From: Trichoplax adhaerens
Lineage: Eukaryota; Animalia; Placozoa
Direction of reading: 5' to 3'
DNA: 64,000 nucleotides
NCBI RefSeq assembly: GCF_000150275.1
Contig: NW_002060944.1
Location: 499,614 to 563,613 of the forward strand
The notes below the pieces were generated by a model. That model worked only from the letters and a program-made list of their open reading frames with translations. It was not told the DNA's origin and did not search any database. Shown piece by piece: positions 21,186 through 35,212 of this stretch; the stretch's first letter is position 1; every line of letters begins with the position of its first letter. The translations under genes were made by a program, and so were the position numbers.

Positions 21186-24100
21186 CTATTCATAGTCTAA
21201 AGTCTCTCGGTGATAGAACAACAGATAACTATAATAAAATTAGACAATAGAAATTTCATCATGAGTTAATTATTAAGCAGATTATAAAAATCTACAATAA
21301 AGCATTACTAACCCTTCGCTCGATAATACATCTTTTGTTGTAGCTTTCCGTATCTTTGCGTCATCACATTCAAACCACTAAAAGATAGACAATAATTTAT
21401 TGATTAATAAAATGCCATTTTAGATATACCGTATTTCAGAGAATCAAAAGTCTACATACCTGATTATACGGTTGTCGAACGTAACACGTGTAATGTCCGC
21501 TATCTAAAGTGCCACTATGATTTATGACAGCAAACAAGCAATACCGAACACTAGAAGAAAGAGATAATTATTTAATTCTACCCCTAAACCTATGTACAGC
21601 TACGAGCTGGCTAACCTTGAGGAACACGATTTTGCATTCTGGTTGTCTGCGTGACCAGATTCTCCGTTGTTAATTCTAAAATAGATCATACTAATCTTAA
21701 GAAAGGTATATACCACTTTATCAGTTTAAACTGTTTAAGTAATCAGCATACCTTAATTTAGAAACATAGGGCTTCATATCTAAGATATCTGAGAAGGCAA
21801 CATAGGTTGTAATTTTTCTACCAAATTTCTTAGAGTGTTCAAATCGCTACAATTTGGAATCAAGGCCATAAAATTATGAGCTCATTCAACAAAGTAGGAT
21901 ATTTATCCGCTTACAACAAAAGTGTACCTTTAAATGAAGACACAAAACTACTGGCAACTTCTTCATGGTGAGTTGTTTGGTAAATTCCTTGATATCAATT
22001 CATTAATGACTATATCTCAGTACTTCAATGTAGAATTACCAAACCTTACAAGTATTTATTTACAGAATATTCATGGCATCGATGACATTTCAATTTAGCA
22101 TGATCTAGTGTTTCGGCATGGGTGAATCTGTACATTTCATAGCAAGTTAAAATAAGGTGTGAAAAATCTCTGATGCATCGCAGCATTACCGATCCTGCAA
22201 AATCCAAAGGTAGTCTTACCTGTCAAGGCAGTTTAACAAAGTTACAGATGAGTTCGCACCAGTTTCATAGACAGTCGAAGCTATAGAACAAAAATGAAAC
22301 AAGAAGATCGTCAACAATAAATTAAAATTGTGAATTAGACAAGTAATCAGAAATTGTACATTTACAGATACGACTGTTTGCTATTTTTTCTACTTCTTCG
22401 ATTACTATTCAACCATAAGAGGCAATTTAATCAAAATCTTTTAATCTAATGTAAAATATACTACAGCTTTAGTGTACAATATAAGACATATCGTACCAGA
22501 TGAAAGATCGCAACGTTCATTCTCCAGAGACCCAATATCCATGGAAATATCAAAGAAGGGATCTATAGTTGTAGACGTATTTCTGTACATAAATAAATAC
22601 AGCAGTTAGATAATCAGCTAGAATTTATTACAAAGAAGACCATATCCAATGCAAGAAAAAATTAAAAAGTAACAAGATATCCTGCAATTACCCGCATTTT
22701 TGGCATGTAACATCGGATTGCATATTACCAGCAAATATTTGATGAACAATACATCGACAGTTATTATCTATTATTTCGTTAAATGACGAACTCAATTCTC
22801 CTACAAATAAAACAAATTAACATTAATGTGAGAATAATGTTATTTGACTTTTCTAGTGATTTAGTCAATGATTGTATACTTTTAAAGTGTCCATGGAGAG
22901 CATTTAGAATAGCAATTAAGAATTCATGAGCGTCTTGTTGTACATATCCAGCCATGTGACGCGCATTTGTCCAGATTAGATATAATAATTTGTTCGGAAT
23001 ATGAGGCAACGATCCAACAGAATAAAACTAAATAATCGGATAATGATAGATTTCATTAGTCCATCAGTAAACATTAGCTTTGAAATCTTTAGCTCATCTA
23101 ATTACATAGAATTGATTACCTTTTGAAAAATACTGGCTAATTCACAGGCAATGCAAGTATTATTGTTATCATGGCTACATTGGTGTTTATCGGATAAAAA
23201 ATAATCTCGCAAGATAGGTGTATGAACTAATGCTTGAACTATACTATTCATAAAGCACGTATTGCCTAAATTAGCTAATCCTTTAAGTCCTAAGAAAATA
23301 AAAACAGCATTGAAATTAGAAGGTAAGTCCATTCTCTAATGTCGTGTTTGCATTTGCTGAGGCGTCTCTAACACCGTTATTAACAATACAAAATCAAGAT
23401 GGCATCATATCCGGTACAACAGCATCTTAAGCATAACACACTTATCTTTATTGCAAATATCGATAAATTAGAGGTACTGCCCAAACTTAATGTTTACCTA
23501 TTTTAGATTTCAATGATAGCTTGTATCGGGTATTATTACGGGAGAGTAACTGCACTTCTTTTGCAGATGGTCTCCAGTAGTTGTATTTGTAGACTTGCTT
23601 GAGGTGGCCTACAAAGTATATCATTATTATTGACGATATGAATATCACTTATGCTGAGGTTCATTTTATAGCTATACCTTTGCAGCTTGGCAATTGCATC
23701 CTCTGACAGTGAATATTTTCAACATCAGGATCGTAAATATGTTTACCGCATTCAGTGCAGAATAGTGTACCACGTAGTGTATCAATGGCTAATTTAAAAG
23801 TTTATAATAACAAGTAAGCAAAGACGAACATAAATCTAATATGCAGCAACAATGTCAATTTAAGCTGCATAGATTTTCTACGCGATATTAATAAATTACA
23901 CATTAAAATGCTATGCGTATAATCCTTAACAATTGAGCTAATTTTAAAGATACAGAATTACTTGTATTTGGTGAAAGATTATGAAAAAATAATTAACTCG
24001 TACGATTACAGTATCGCTCGTGATGTAACATTACATTCATTTATTGCAAATAAACAAACCTAATTGATGCTTTGCGACTTTCGCATGATGCTGAATATGA

Positions 24101-26580
24101 CTATGATCATAGCAACCGACGAATACACATTGGACACAGGCGTATAACCTCTTTTGGTATTTTTTGCAAATATGGCATTGTGATAGAATGACCTTGATGT
24201 AATAGAAATGATTACGTTATTTACGTGTTTCAAGTTATTATTAATTAATAGACAAATAGATAATTGTATCCGATCACACTTTTCAAAGATAAAAATGTGA
24301 TGTAATAGGGATACCATATAATGCAGCATTACTATTAAAATTCAAAGACATATTAAATCAAAACCCCCAAATTAACAATCCATAGTACAGTATTAGGGGC
24401 ATTGAATCACGAGTAAGATTGACATGACTTAATCAATGTTGTCCATTATCCACAGATATAATTACCTTACAAACAAATAGGTATGCACTAGTAATTGTTT
24501 AACGATTTGGTTGATAATCGATAATGGAATGATTCTTTACGTACTTATGCGTTTTTATTAATAATTAGGTTACGTTCGTAACTTTAAATCGTAACAATTT
24601 GCATGGCATACTGTATGCATTAAATCACTTTTCATCGGCGAATGTATAAAACAAGGTAAAAGTAATGATCTAGAATCCCTAATAACGTAAACAAGTCTTA
24701 GTATGCTCGTATAAATAACAATTAAACAACTATACTGTAACTTTGTCTGTAAGTAGAATACGTAGAAATAGAACAAACTTTGATAAGCTAAATATCCTAG
24801 ATAGTATTGCAAATAGTCTTTAAAGTACCAAGTCGTATAGCACTATCAAAAGCAATAAATGGTGATATTCCGGTTGGTGAAAACTGTCTCATTATGAAAT
24901 GTTATCCAAGTATGCTAGAAAACATCGAAAAATATATAAAGTAGCTTTGATACACGCATTTCTCCAACTTTAATGAAAGCTATCATGATAGTCGTTGCAG
25001 TTATTAGATTGCTAACTGCACTATTCATGAAATTTTGCTTTTAAATGCAGGTATTATAAGCTATCTTACTACCAAACATTTTCTGATATCAATTTAAGGC
25101 ATACAGCATGAATCACTATGATTGGCGTTTTCTTAATCATTATTTGATATTAACATCTTTCCGATCGCAAGAGTCGGTCGCACTACAAAAGCTATAACTA
25201 GTGGATAATAAGTCTGTCAATAAAACTGAAAATAAGTATTGTACTATATACGAGTATGGCAACTGGGGAACAATAATATCTTTATTGCGATTCCCAATAT
25301 GACAACTTTACCCGATGGATACCTATAATTAATTCGCCTACAGGACTTTGTAGCAATAAGGACTATACGCACAGTTTCAATCAATCTAATAACAATGCTA
25401 GCCATTTCATAAAGTGATGATAAACTACAGTATGTTAAAGCTATCTCTTTATCCACTTGAACTCCAATTAATTCGCCTTCGCATAACATCAAAATTGTTC
25501 TATCCTAGTAGAACCTTCAAAATTTTCAAAATATCCTATGACCAAGCATGTTGGCAAGCCAACCATAGAATACGTTTTTATTTTCTGTAGTACAGTAAAA
25601 CGAATTGATTGATTGATGCGATAACGTCTAGTGCTATTTCCAGTGCAAGATATTTTTAATTGCTATTGAATGGATTGAAGGATGCAACCATGATCAAGTT
25701 TACGTAAAACGTTTAAATCATAATACGGTATCCCTATTATTGTCATTGAGCTTTAAGTCATGGAAAGGCTAAATGTTGAACGTTTCCGTAAAATATTGAT
25801 TACTGTTTCTACTTAGAATCAATAGAAAGATGCATTGTACATCAAATACGGAGATGATTTCAAACTTGTGAAACCGGTCGATTACCTTGCAGCGTATCGT
25901 AGTGTAGTCGGTTAGATATACGACTTGGTTGGAATTGTGCGAAATACGCTACGATCCTGATGAAATGAGCAATATAGTATATTGTAATAAAGATAACACA
26001 GCTAAATCAATTGACATCTGAAATTGAAAATATGTACAGTAGGTGTAGATGGGCGCTATAAGTTTTCATCCAGTTGCTCTCAACTGTCCTAATGAAAACG
26101 AAAGACTGCAGAAAGAAACTACGCTATGATCATGATGTCATAGGCAATCCAGTCATTGTAAGAAAGATAACGCAACTTGGATAGATCCACTCTTAAAATT
26201 TAGTCATGTCTACAGCAGGTGTAGACGAACAAGATGAGTTTATATCGAGTGTTATGGTAGAAAAACAGCTGAACATTGGCGATCATGTCAGCGTCAAATA
26301 GATGATGTCTTGTCTGCAATATTTGCAATATTTGCCTACGCATCCCCCAATAGTATCGAATGTTTCATACCACCGAATGTATTGTAATCGTTGGATCGTT
26401 CTCATTCTGTAAAATTGATTAGAATACCTATTACAAGTCACAACAGAGCATCAATGTTACCTTTAAATCATTATTAGGTGGAAGTTGGCTTGTAGGAGTA
26501 ATAATTTGCGAGCTTATAAAACGAATTTGTTCCAAGAGTTGATTATTCTTCAACGTTGCAACATGAGCGCAGGTAGCCAT
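21186..26580 (-). CDS. USP22: Ubiquitin carboxyl-terminal hydrolase 22 (SAGA deubiquitinase), multi-exon
   Basis: Exon 1 26580-26461 (MATCAHV...); ZnF-UBP exon 24192-24060 ([31 protein letters not shown]); Cys box [21 protein letters not shown] (~23289-23121); [13 protein letters not shown]; [22 protein letters not shown]; His box [20 protein letters not shown]; WFECDD; last exon 21228-21186 [13 protein letters not shown]. Confidence 0.95.
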
Positions 26581-26749
26581 GGTGAAGGACGGACGAGTCA
26601 ACCTCCGGTCTCAACTGGCTCCACTTTGATATGCTACAGCCACAACAACAAGACCAGGTAACAGTTTCAGCCTATGTAGTCTACTGTATTATGCACGAGA
26701 GATTGTTGGTTGTTTTTCTATCAAGATGGCTTTTGCAGAGTCAGTATGG

Positions 26750-26820
26750 CGCGAGCGAGTACAGAGAGCGCGGTAATAACCGTACCGTACCGTACCGTGC
26801 CGTACTAGTACCGGTCGGTG
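26750..26820. promoter_or_regulatory. GC-rich (GTACC)n tract just upstream of USP22
   Basis: 'ccgtaccgtaccgtaccgtgccgtactagtaccggtcgg' ~200 bp upstream of the USP22 ATG; same motif family as at 41145-41475. Confidence 0.45.
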
Positions 26821-26999
26821 CCAAGGCACTCATTCATAAACCCTAAGTGAGAAGTCCTTTTAATGATCCACTGATGCAGCGCTCGAACAGTACATCAGTT
26901 TGTAGAGAAAAGTATGAGAACGTGATGATGAAAGAAAGACTACGGGGGAAAGTTGCTCAACCAGGGCATGTATACCTCTGGTAGCAAAAGGCCAAGGAA

Positions 27000-28800
27000 A
27001 ATGGATGTTCATTATTTTAAGGGAAATAAATGCAGCTTATTCATTTTTAATTTTTTAAAGGTGAAATAAAATGGACCTTCATTATTTTGAGGGGAAATTA
27101 CTGTGGTTCATCAATTTTAGGAATTTTTTAAAAGTCAAAGTAAATGCACCAAGTTGTCATTATGCTGAGGAGAAATTAATGTAGCTCATTTAATTCTGAA
27201 CTGCTTAAAGGTTAAAGAAATTGCTCTCTCATATTCTTTTGAAGGGAAATTAATTTAGTTCATTAATTTTAGGAATTTTTTAAAAGTCAAAGTAAATGCA
27301 CCTACAATGTTGTCATTATGCAGAGGAGAAATTAATGTAGCTCATTTATTTCTGAATTTTTTAAAGATTAAAGAAATTGCTGTCTCATATTCTTTTGAAG
27401 GGAAATTAATTTAGTTCATTAATTTTAGGAATTTTTTAAAAGTCAAAGTAAATACACCTACAATGTTGTCATTATGCAGAGGAGAAATTAATGTAGCTCA
27501 TTTATTTCTGAATTTTTTAAAGGTTAAAGGAATTGCTCTCTCATATTCTATTGAAGGGAAATTAATTTAGTGCATTAATTTTAGGAATTTTTAAAAGTCA
27601 AAGTAAATGCACCTTGTGTGCTGTCATTATGCTGAGGAGAAATTAATGTGGTTCATTTAATTCTGAATTTTTTAAAGGCTAAAGAAATGACTCTTTCATA
27701 TTCTTTTAAAGGGAAATTAAGGTAGTTCATTCGTTTCAAATTTTTATCTCCTCATTCTTAAGGCATTGATGAATGAATATACCTGGACTGTAGATAGATT
27801 ATTTCTACTATAGGCTAGTGTATCGTCAGTCTATTGCAAAACGTTGAAATGTAATAAAGTGTTCAAGAAAATGTACCTTCATTAGGGCTTGGATTGATGA
27901 GTACTGTATCTTGCTAAACGTCCAAATTGAAAAGAATTCAAGAAAATACACCTTCATTGATTAAGGCATTGATTGAAGATTATAGTCATTAGAAAAGGTT
28001 AAAATCTGAACTATACGAGAAAATGCTTCTTCACATGAAGGCATTGATAGAAGGATGAGTCTAATGCAAAATGTTGGCATCTAAATTCTAAAGTATACTA
28101 GAAAATGCACCTTCATGAAGGCATTGATTGATTGATGAGTAGAATGCAAAATGTTGAAATCTAGCGTACGCGTTTATCGATTTCAAGTCCATACACCTTC
28201 ATTCCTTCATTCATTAATTGAACCATTGATTGATAGGTACAGTAGAGTGCGTCAAGTTGGAATCTAAAGTATTCTTTTAAAATACACCTTCATGAAGGTA
28301 TTAATTGATGGGTACTAGTATCATAGAATATTGAAATCAAATGCACAGTATTAAAGTAAATACCATACACTTTCATGATGGTATTGATTCATGAGTATAA
28401 AGTAAACAGTAAAAATCTAAAATATGAAAAGTCAAGTAAATATACCGGAACATGAAGGCATGATTAGCGGGTTGAATCATGAGCTACTATACTTAAAATA
28501 AAAATCTTTTTGAATAGCCCGTGATAGAGTGCAAAAAATTGAAATCGAATGTATTAAAGTAAATACACTTTCATTAAGACTTTAATTCTGTCACTGTGCA
28601 CAAGTTCCTCCATCAGGGTGTTGATATTGACTCTAGAACGCAAAATGTAGAGTATGAAGGAAAATAGACCTTCATTAATTTTGCAGGATGAGTATCATGT
28701 CAGAGTTTCCCAATCAGAACAGTTACAAATGTTGACTCAGAAATGCACAGTCGAAAGTATTCGAGAAAATGCACTGTCATTAAGGCATTGACGACTGCAA
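27000..28800. repeat. AT-rich tandem array: ~156 bp dimers (2 x ~78 bp) grading into degenerate ~75 bp monomers
   Basis: 'aggaatttttt(a)aaagtcaaagtaaat' at ~27119, 27271, 27427 and 27583; downstream monomers share 'aaaat(g/a)caccttcatgaaggcattgat' to ~28800. Confidence 0.88.
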
Positions 28801-30088
28801 CAGTTCTTGAATCAGGAAATATGACGCATATAGTGTACAAGTAGTACTGTATAGGAGAATGCCTGCAAGATGTTTTCATCTATCTAAACAGTCCAAGTTA
28901 TCAAAATCACAGCTGTTTTTCAAAAGTAAACGAAATTATGCAGCCCAATTTTCGGATCTTGAGCAGGTATAGTTGTGATTAAAGTTCATTAACTTCAACG
29001 ATTTCTATATATATGAAATTGTAACCTACATTCGCTTCCTCGTCTTAAATTATCATGATAACTATCTGTGTTAAGTATATTTATGAGATGTATGTATATT
29101 GGTAATATATAGCAATACTCAATCTATTTGACGTCGTATCGTAGAATAGAACCTTCCTGAACCCTTAGTATTTTCATTCATGAAAATCTATATTGATGTT
29201 CAAGTTCATGCCCTGGCTCCGCGAAATCATAACACCTGATGAAGGTGAATAAAAACACCTGGTATGAGTATGTGACAGCGGAGCTTTACTTCACTTGAGC
29301 AAAAGTAGGTAATTGTATGGAGTCATCGAGTATAGCTAGAGAGATTTTACTTTTTAGGGATTCCTATTTAATAACAAAAGAACTAATCGGAAATTTAGCG
29401 TCAATAATTAATTAATATATAATTATTAATGAATTCTGAAAATGGAGCGAGAGAGAGATACTAAATTCATATATATCGATTAGTACACCCCTCGCTGATT
29501 TAGATATGTACCGGTATATGCGCATAGAATTAGAATTACTGTAATCATGCAAATTGCTCCTTAATTTAAACAAGCTAATTATTTAAATAAATAATATGCG
29601 TATTAATTCTATCTGATTCTGTCTCATTCACTAGACTTCGCTTCTTGATTACTATACTATTAGCCATTTCTTATGTGCTACTGAAAATTCCGTCGATAAA
29701 TTGTTGATAGAATTGACCACAGGTCTAGTGATAGTAAATGGATCGAGTGTACGTAGCAGGACAACGGAAACCGGGAGATCTATTCCTAAAAAATATTAGA
29801 CAATTCCGCTGTAGTAAAATGATTAATGTGTATATGCAAGTATATACAGTATTGCACGCTAATGGAAGAAAATTGCAGATTGCAGGGTAGCGCTCAGCCA
29901 GACTCTGCCCGATACTCAACGTACTGCAGCTCGCATCGTGTATGCTGTATATTGCATATAGTCACTAAGTAGCTCAAGTCGGACAGCGTAGGGTATATTA
30001 ATTAATCACTGCAGTCAAGACATGCAGTAATAAGATGCAACATTGTATGGTATTAATTTCACTTTTCTAATATCTTATTATTGAAGTA

Positions 30089-32156
30089 GTGCATCCAATT
30101 TTGATTTGAATTCATGATTTCATTTTCTCCCAAAGTACGTCTCGCAGCCTTGGCTTGCTGAAAATTAGCATCATCGTACTAAGACGATTATATAAGAATA
30201 GTAGGACTAAGTCGAAAAGAAATCTACGTGAAAAGGTAGTCTGGATTACTGGTGCCAGTTCCGGCATCGGTGAAGGTAAAAAGTATTTTCGATCATATAG
30301 CACCATGACTATTATATCGGACTTACTAGAAGAATAAGTTTAATCTAGTTTCGTAAAAGACAGTATTTATCCTTATGATATAATATGCCATGCAGAAGCA
30401 GCCTTAATGTTATGCTTGTGTCCATTTCTCGTTTGCAATAAAAATTGGTTGTTCCCTACGTGTAATCATGTAATATTGATATACCTACGTACATAGTTAT
30501 CTGGCGATGACAATTTCTTTATATACATGACGAAGCACATATGTGTAAATGTATTGTGAAATTAAAATTCTTCATCTTGATACAGAATGTGCCAAAGAAT
30601 AATATGCCAATGGAGCCAAAGTTATCATGAGCAGCAGGAATTATCAGGCTCTACTTAAAATCAGAGATAAAATGGTCGCTGGCAAAGATATCGATACAGA
30701 ATTAATACCTCAAATTCTTCCAATAGACCTTCTGAAATCTGAGCAGCTAGAGAATGTTGCTGATAAGGCTTGGTCTATGCATGGTGCTATAGATATCCTT
30801 ATTAATAATGCAGGAGTAAGCAGCCGCGGTTCGATAGCTGATTCAAAGATGGAAGTATACCGATGATTGATGGAAGTAAATTTCTTCGCTCCTATAGCTC
30901 TAACTAAAGGTATGCAAATATCTATGTGTGGTAATGCATGTACATATACACAATTACTTTGATAGCGGGTATACACTATCGAAGACTGTGAGTTGTATTT
31001 ACAGGCACATTATAAGTATGGTAGTACTTCCATATACTTGTGAGATTTTTTACAGTTAAGCAACTGTAGACAAGAACTACTCAGTGATTGAGTGAGTTCT
31101 ACGACAGTAGAATCAGACAAATCTGTGATAGGCATTATAAATAGGAAGGTTGCAATCCTATGACAATGTATCAGACCTGATATTGCATTGGGTATTTACT
31201 ACTAATTCTTGTAAATGATATACAACCCTGCTCATACATCACAACACTACTACATAAAGAAATACAACAGACATTTTCCAACTGTTTGTATCTAGTTTCA
31301 TGGTATATTTCAATTTAATTGCATTATACGGCTATAACTCTCCAGTAATTTATTGTTATTTATTTTTCGCAGCTCTATTACCAAAGATGATCCAGCGCAA
31401 ATAAGGCCAAATATTTTTAGACCAGTGTTAGGGAAAATGGCAGTTCCATATCGATCAACATGTAAGTTGATTAGAATTGAGAAAATCAACATTATGTTGG
31501 CTATAGTCATTCTACGCTGTTTAATCTTGTCCAATAGCGAGTCATAACAATTTGCTAGTAGTATCATATTCTATATCCGTATAGTGGAGTATACTTATTC
31601 GGGTAATATACATATTATTTCATGAAATGATGGCATTGCCATAGATGCTGCATCAAAGCATGCTTGTTAGGCATTTTGTGATAGTTTGCGCGCTGAAGTT
31701 GCTCAAGACAACATCAAAGTATTTATTATAAGCCCTAGATACGTACGTACGAACTTATCTTTGAATGCATTGGCGGTTGATGGATCTAAAAAATGGAGGT
31801 ACTTCTTGTTTACAAATCAGTCTTAGCGTAATGATGAGTGATTTTACCCTTATCATAAGAAGTAAAATTGTAAACTGTTCTCTCATTCTGCAATTGTATT
31901 TGTTCTCCAACTGCCATAATAACATTAACAAAATTCGATATCCACCGCTTGGTTAGTTATGGATAAAGATACCGACGAGGGAATGGCACCGGAGAAATTC
32001 GCCGCTGCAATGACTGAATATGCTATCAACGAGGAAAAAGACGTAGTAATATGTTCGTTAATTCCGAGACTAGGAATATTTTCGAAATATTGTATTCCTA
32101 GTTTACATTTTTGGGTAATGCGCAATCGGGCTCGTAGCAGAGCTCCCAATAAGTAA
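30089..32156 (+). pseudogene. Unprocessed DHRS7B-like pseudogene (tandem duplicate)
   Basis: Same 5-exon layout as the 35213-37371 gene ([24 protein letters not shown]) but ATG>GTG at 30089, in-frame stops at 30107, 30600, 30864, 31402 and 31668, and exon 3 is 89 nt versus 93 nt (frameshift). Confidence 0.9.
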
Positions 32157-35100
32157 TCACTAAAACTATGGCGGTTAGTTTAACAACCTCTCTTTTACGA
32201 TCGCGTTTCTTTGGCCAATTTTTCGATATAAATTGATCGATGACATTCACTTTCATCTACTCATAAAGTATTCCTTCAAAATGCATACTCGTATATAGAC
32301 TTGTTGTAGCCTCAAAAACAACTCATCATCAAGCAATAACTCAGTATACAGAATTACGTTTGTATTTCAGACATCTAGCATATCTAGGATTTAGTTAATA
32401 GATTAACAAGTAACTGTTTAAAACACTCAATAAGTAATTAACATTTATTATTGAAATAGCTATAAATTCATCAGCCTTGATGGATGAATTAATTAAGATT
32501 AAATAGTTTACGGAAGGATTATAAAGTCATATAGGACTATGCTGCAAAGTTTATCAAAAATAGTGATTAATGAAGCTGCCATTTTTTATGCTCTAAAGTA
32601 GAGTCATTCTGCAGATCGTTCACTGGCTAAATACTAATACTCAACACTATTTAACAACTTTAAGTAACGGTTTGAATATTTGGATATTGTGCCCTTCTGC
32701 ACGTTATTGAAATATGCAAGTACTCTTTGCTGATCGATTTTTCTACAGAATGAACCCATACCTGAATATCAATTGGAAGGATTTAATTGCAGTAGGCAAG
32801 TTTTAGGTGAAAAATTTTAATTCGTTTTTTGTTATATAGAGTATGCATAGCCAGTGAATAAAATGCAATACATTTTTAATTTTGTCCTAGTCGTATTTTA
32901 TTCTTTGAAGGTTTTATTACAATATTACGTGCATGTGAATATTTTATCAGCGTACAGTATGATGCAAGATTGTTAGTCATACAACCGACTCAAAACTAGC
33001 AATATACTCTACAGTCTATCAATATAAATTGCATATAGAAATTCAAATAGAGTGTAACTATCCGCGAAAGAGCGTTGCGTAGCTGTTCAGTTTTCAATCC
33101 AAAGCAAGTATTCTGGCATATTTTACGACAATTTTTATTTAAAGGTTAAACATCATACTCGTCAAAATTAATCGCGAAAGGTTGATATTGATCGATTTCA
33201 ACTTTCTGCATTAAAATTAGAAAGGGAAAATCAATAAAGCCAGAATGAATGATTTTGTATTAAAAAAAGGTAGAACTCAAATTTTAGAAAGCGTAAATGA
33301 ACAGTTTTATACTTCAAAAAGTGAGAACTTCAATTTTATAAATACCGCACTATGAAATTTGCTTAACTAGAAATAATGGATTAATTTTAATGGAGCAAAG
33401 TTAGATAGCTGTAAATTCATTGGCTATAATCAATTTTACAAGTATGGCTAGACTGCTGAAATATCATGGAGCTGCATAGGCCATGATAAAGCTGTCAATC
33501 GATAATAATAAACATAAAAAGTATTCGTTCTTTGGAGTGTTACACTAAAATGTACTCTTTGTTCAGATCATATCATGTACCTGGACAAACATTAAGTAGC
33601 TTAGAGTACATGTCTACGATTTTTGGATAACTTGTTTTTTGGACAAAAGTTTGGCATATAATTAATCTCAGTATACGATTAAATATTATAGCAATGTGTA
33701 TTCACCAGGAACACAGATCTAGATGTACAAGTACTGATTAGTTAGGAATTGCTTGCGATTGAAAAGGGTTTGGTATATATCACGTAAGATGATGATATAC
33801 TACCGACTGATAGAGAAAACAAAATTTTTGGAATGGAATGATTTTAAAGACATGACTACACAACCATTCTCATCATCTAATCAGCAACTACGTAGGCAAC
33901 AATTGTTGTCAAGGTAAAGGATATGTTTCGAGGGAGAATTTTCGACCCGATGCTTAGTCTCGCCTATGAATGAATATCAGTGCAACAGGTAAAATCGTTA
34001 TTCGAGAAAATAGAGTAGCGAAGTTACTACCAATTACTAATTAATTGAATTATAGGCAGTATAATACATGCTATCCTATCGTGAGGCTATTGGAATTAAA
34101 ACAGAATTGTAAAAGAAATCGATGCCTGGAATAAGTTGATATTCGAAATATTTCTCAACTATTATTCTGATGGTATAAACAAGGATTATACTGGTATATT
34201 GGAAAGAGATTTCTCGGATAGTGCAGTAGAGTATCCAATAACTGTCATTGAGACACAGTGATATACTCGTACTATAACTTTCATTGATCAAACATCGCTA
34301 CTATCCGGTACTTGTAATTAATTCATTCATTATTAGATAATGTTTATATAACGCGATGTTATTATTTATTTGTATCCATGTCAGCCAAAAATTGACAGAT
34401 AATATTCAAACTGATGCTTACAAAACTAGTAATATATTACTCTATCCTAAATATAAGTATTGTTAGCTGCCAAACGGCAGAGATGTCGATTAGGGCCTTA
34501 CTGATAGATGTAATTTATCATCAAGAGATTGTAGCATATTTCAAAAGTTATCCTGATCACAGACCTTCTTAAATATAGCCTTCAAAATGAATTCTCGGCT
34601 TGCGTAAAATCGTAGGCCTTCACTGTAGATACCCAAGCTTAATAAGGATCTCAATTTATCCTGGATTTGGAGTTACTATGCAGTGAGATATCCGATACTC
34701 GACTATGATATTGTACTGTCTAATTTGCGTTATACTATACACCAGAATTTCGCAAAAGTCCCTCTACTACAATATCTATCCAACTTCGTTAATTACCCTA
34801 TAATGAATTAAAAACTGCTTCATTTTCTATATATTTTGGTTTAATCTTGCCGTCTTACAGTACATGAAAGAACTCTGGCGTCATATTATGTCTAGGCCTC
34901 CAATTTGAGAGTAAGAATTAATTGCTATCCCAATCATTGACGGGTATAATGGACGTCGTCTAGTCAGAGACGAGTAGCTGTCGCTCCGCTATAAGGCTTT
35001 GTATTAGTGTGAAGGTTGCGTTTGGAGCAGTAGGTAACAGTTGGTTACCGGAGGATGAAATGGTGTAAAAAGAAAGTCGCTAATAGAAATTAACATGAAA

Positions 35101-35212
35101 TCTTTTGATGGCGTGCCCATGGCAGTCAAAAGTAAATAATAAGTGGTAGTGAATACGGTGTAATACAGTCTGCATTCAGCTACCAGTTGGTCATTTCTTG
35201 CAGCTAAAAACC

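Noticed and set aside
30089-32156. Stop-codon readthrough or selenocysteine recoding in the DHRS7B-like copy
   Set aside because: All three stop types occur, along with a frameshift and a lost ATG; ordinary pseudogenisation explains it.
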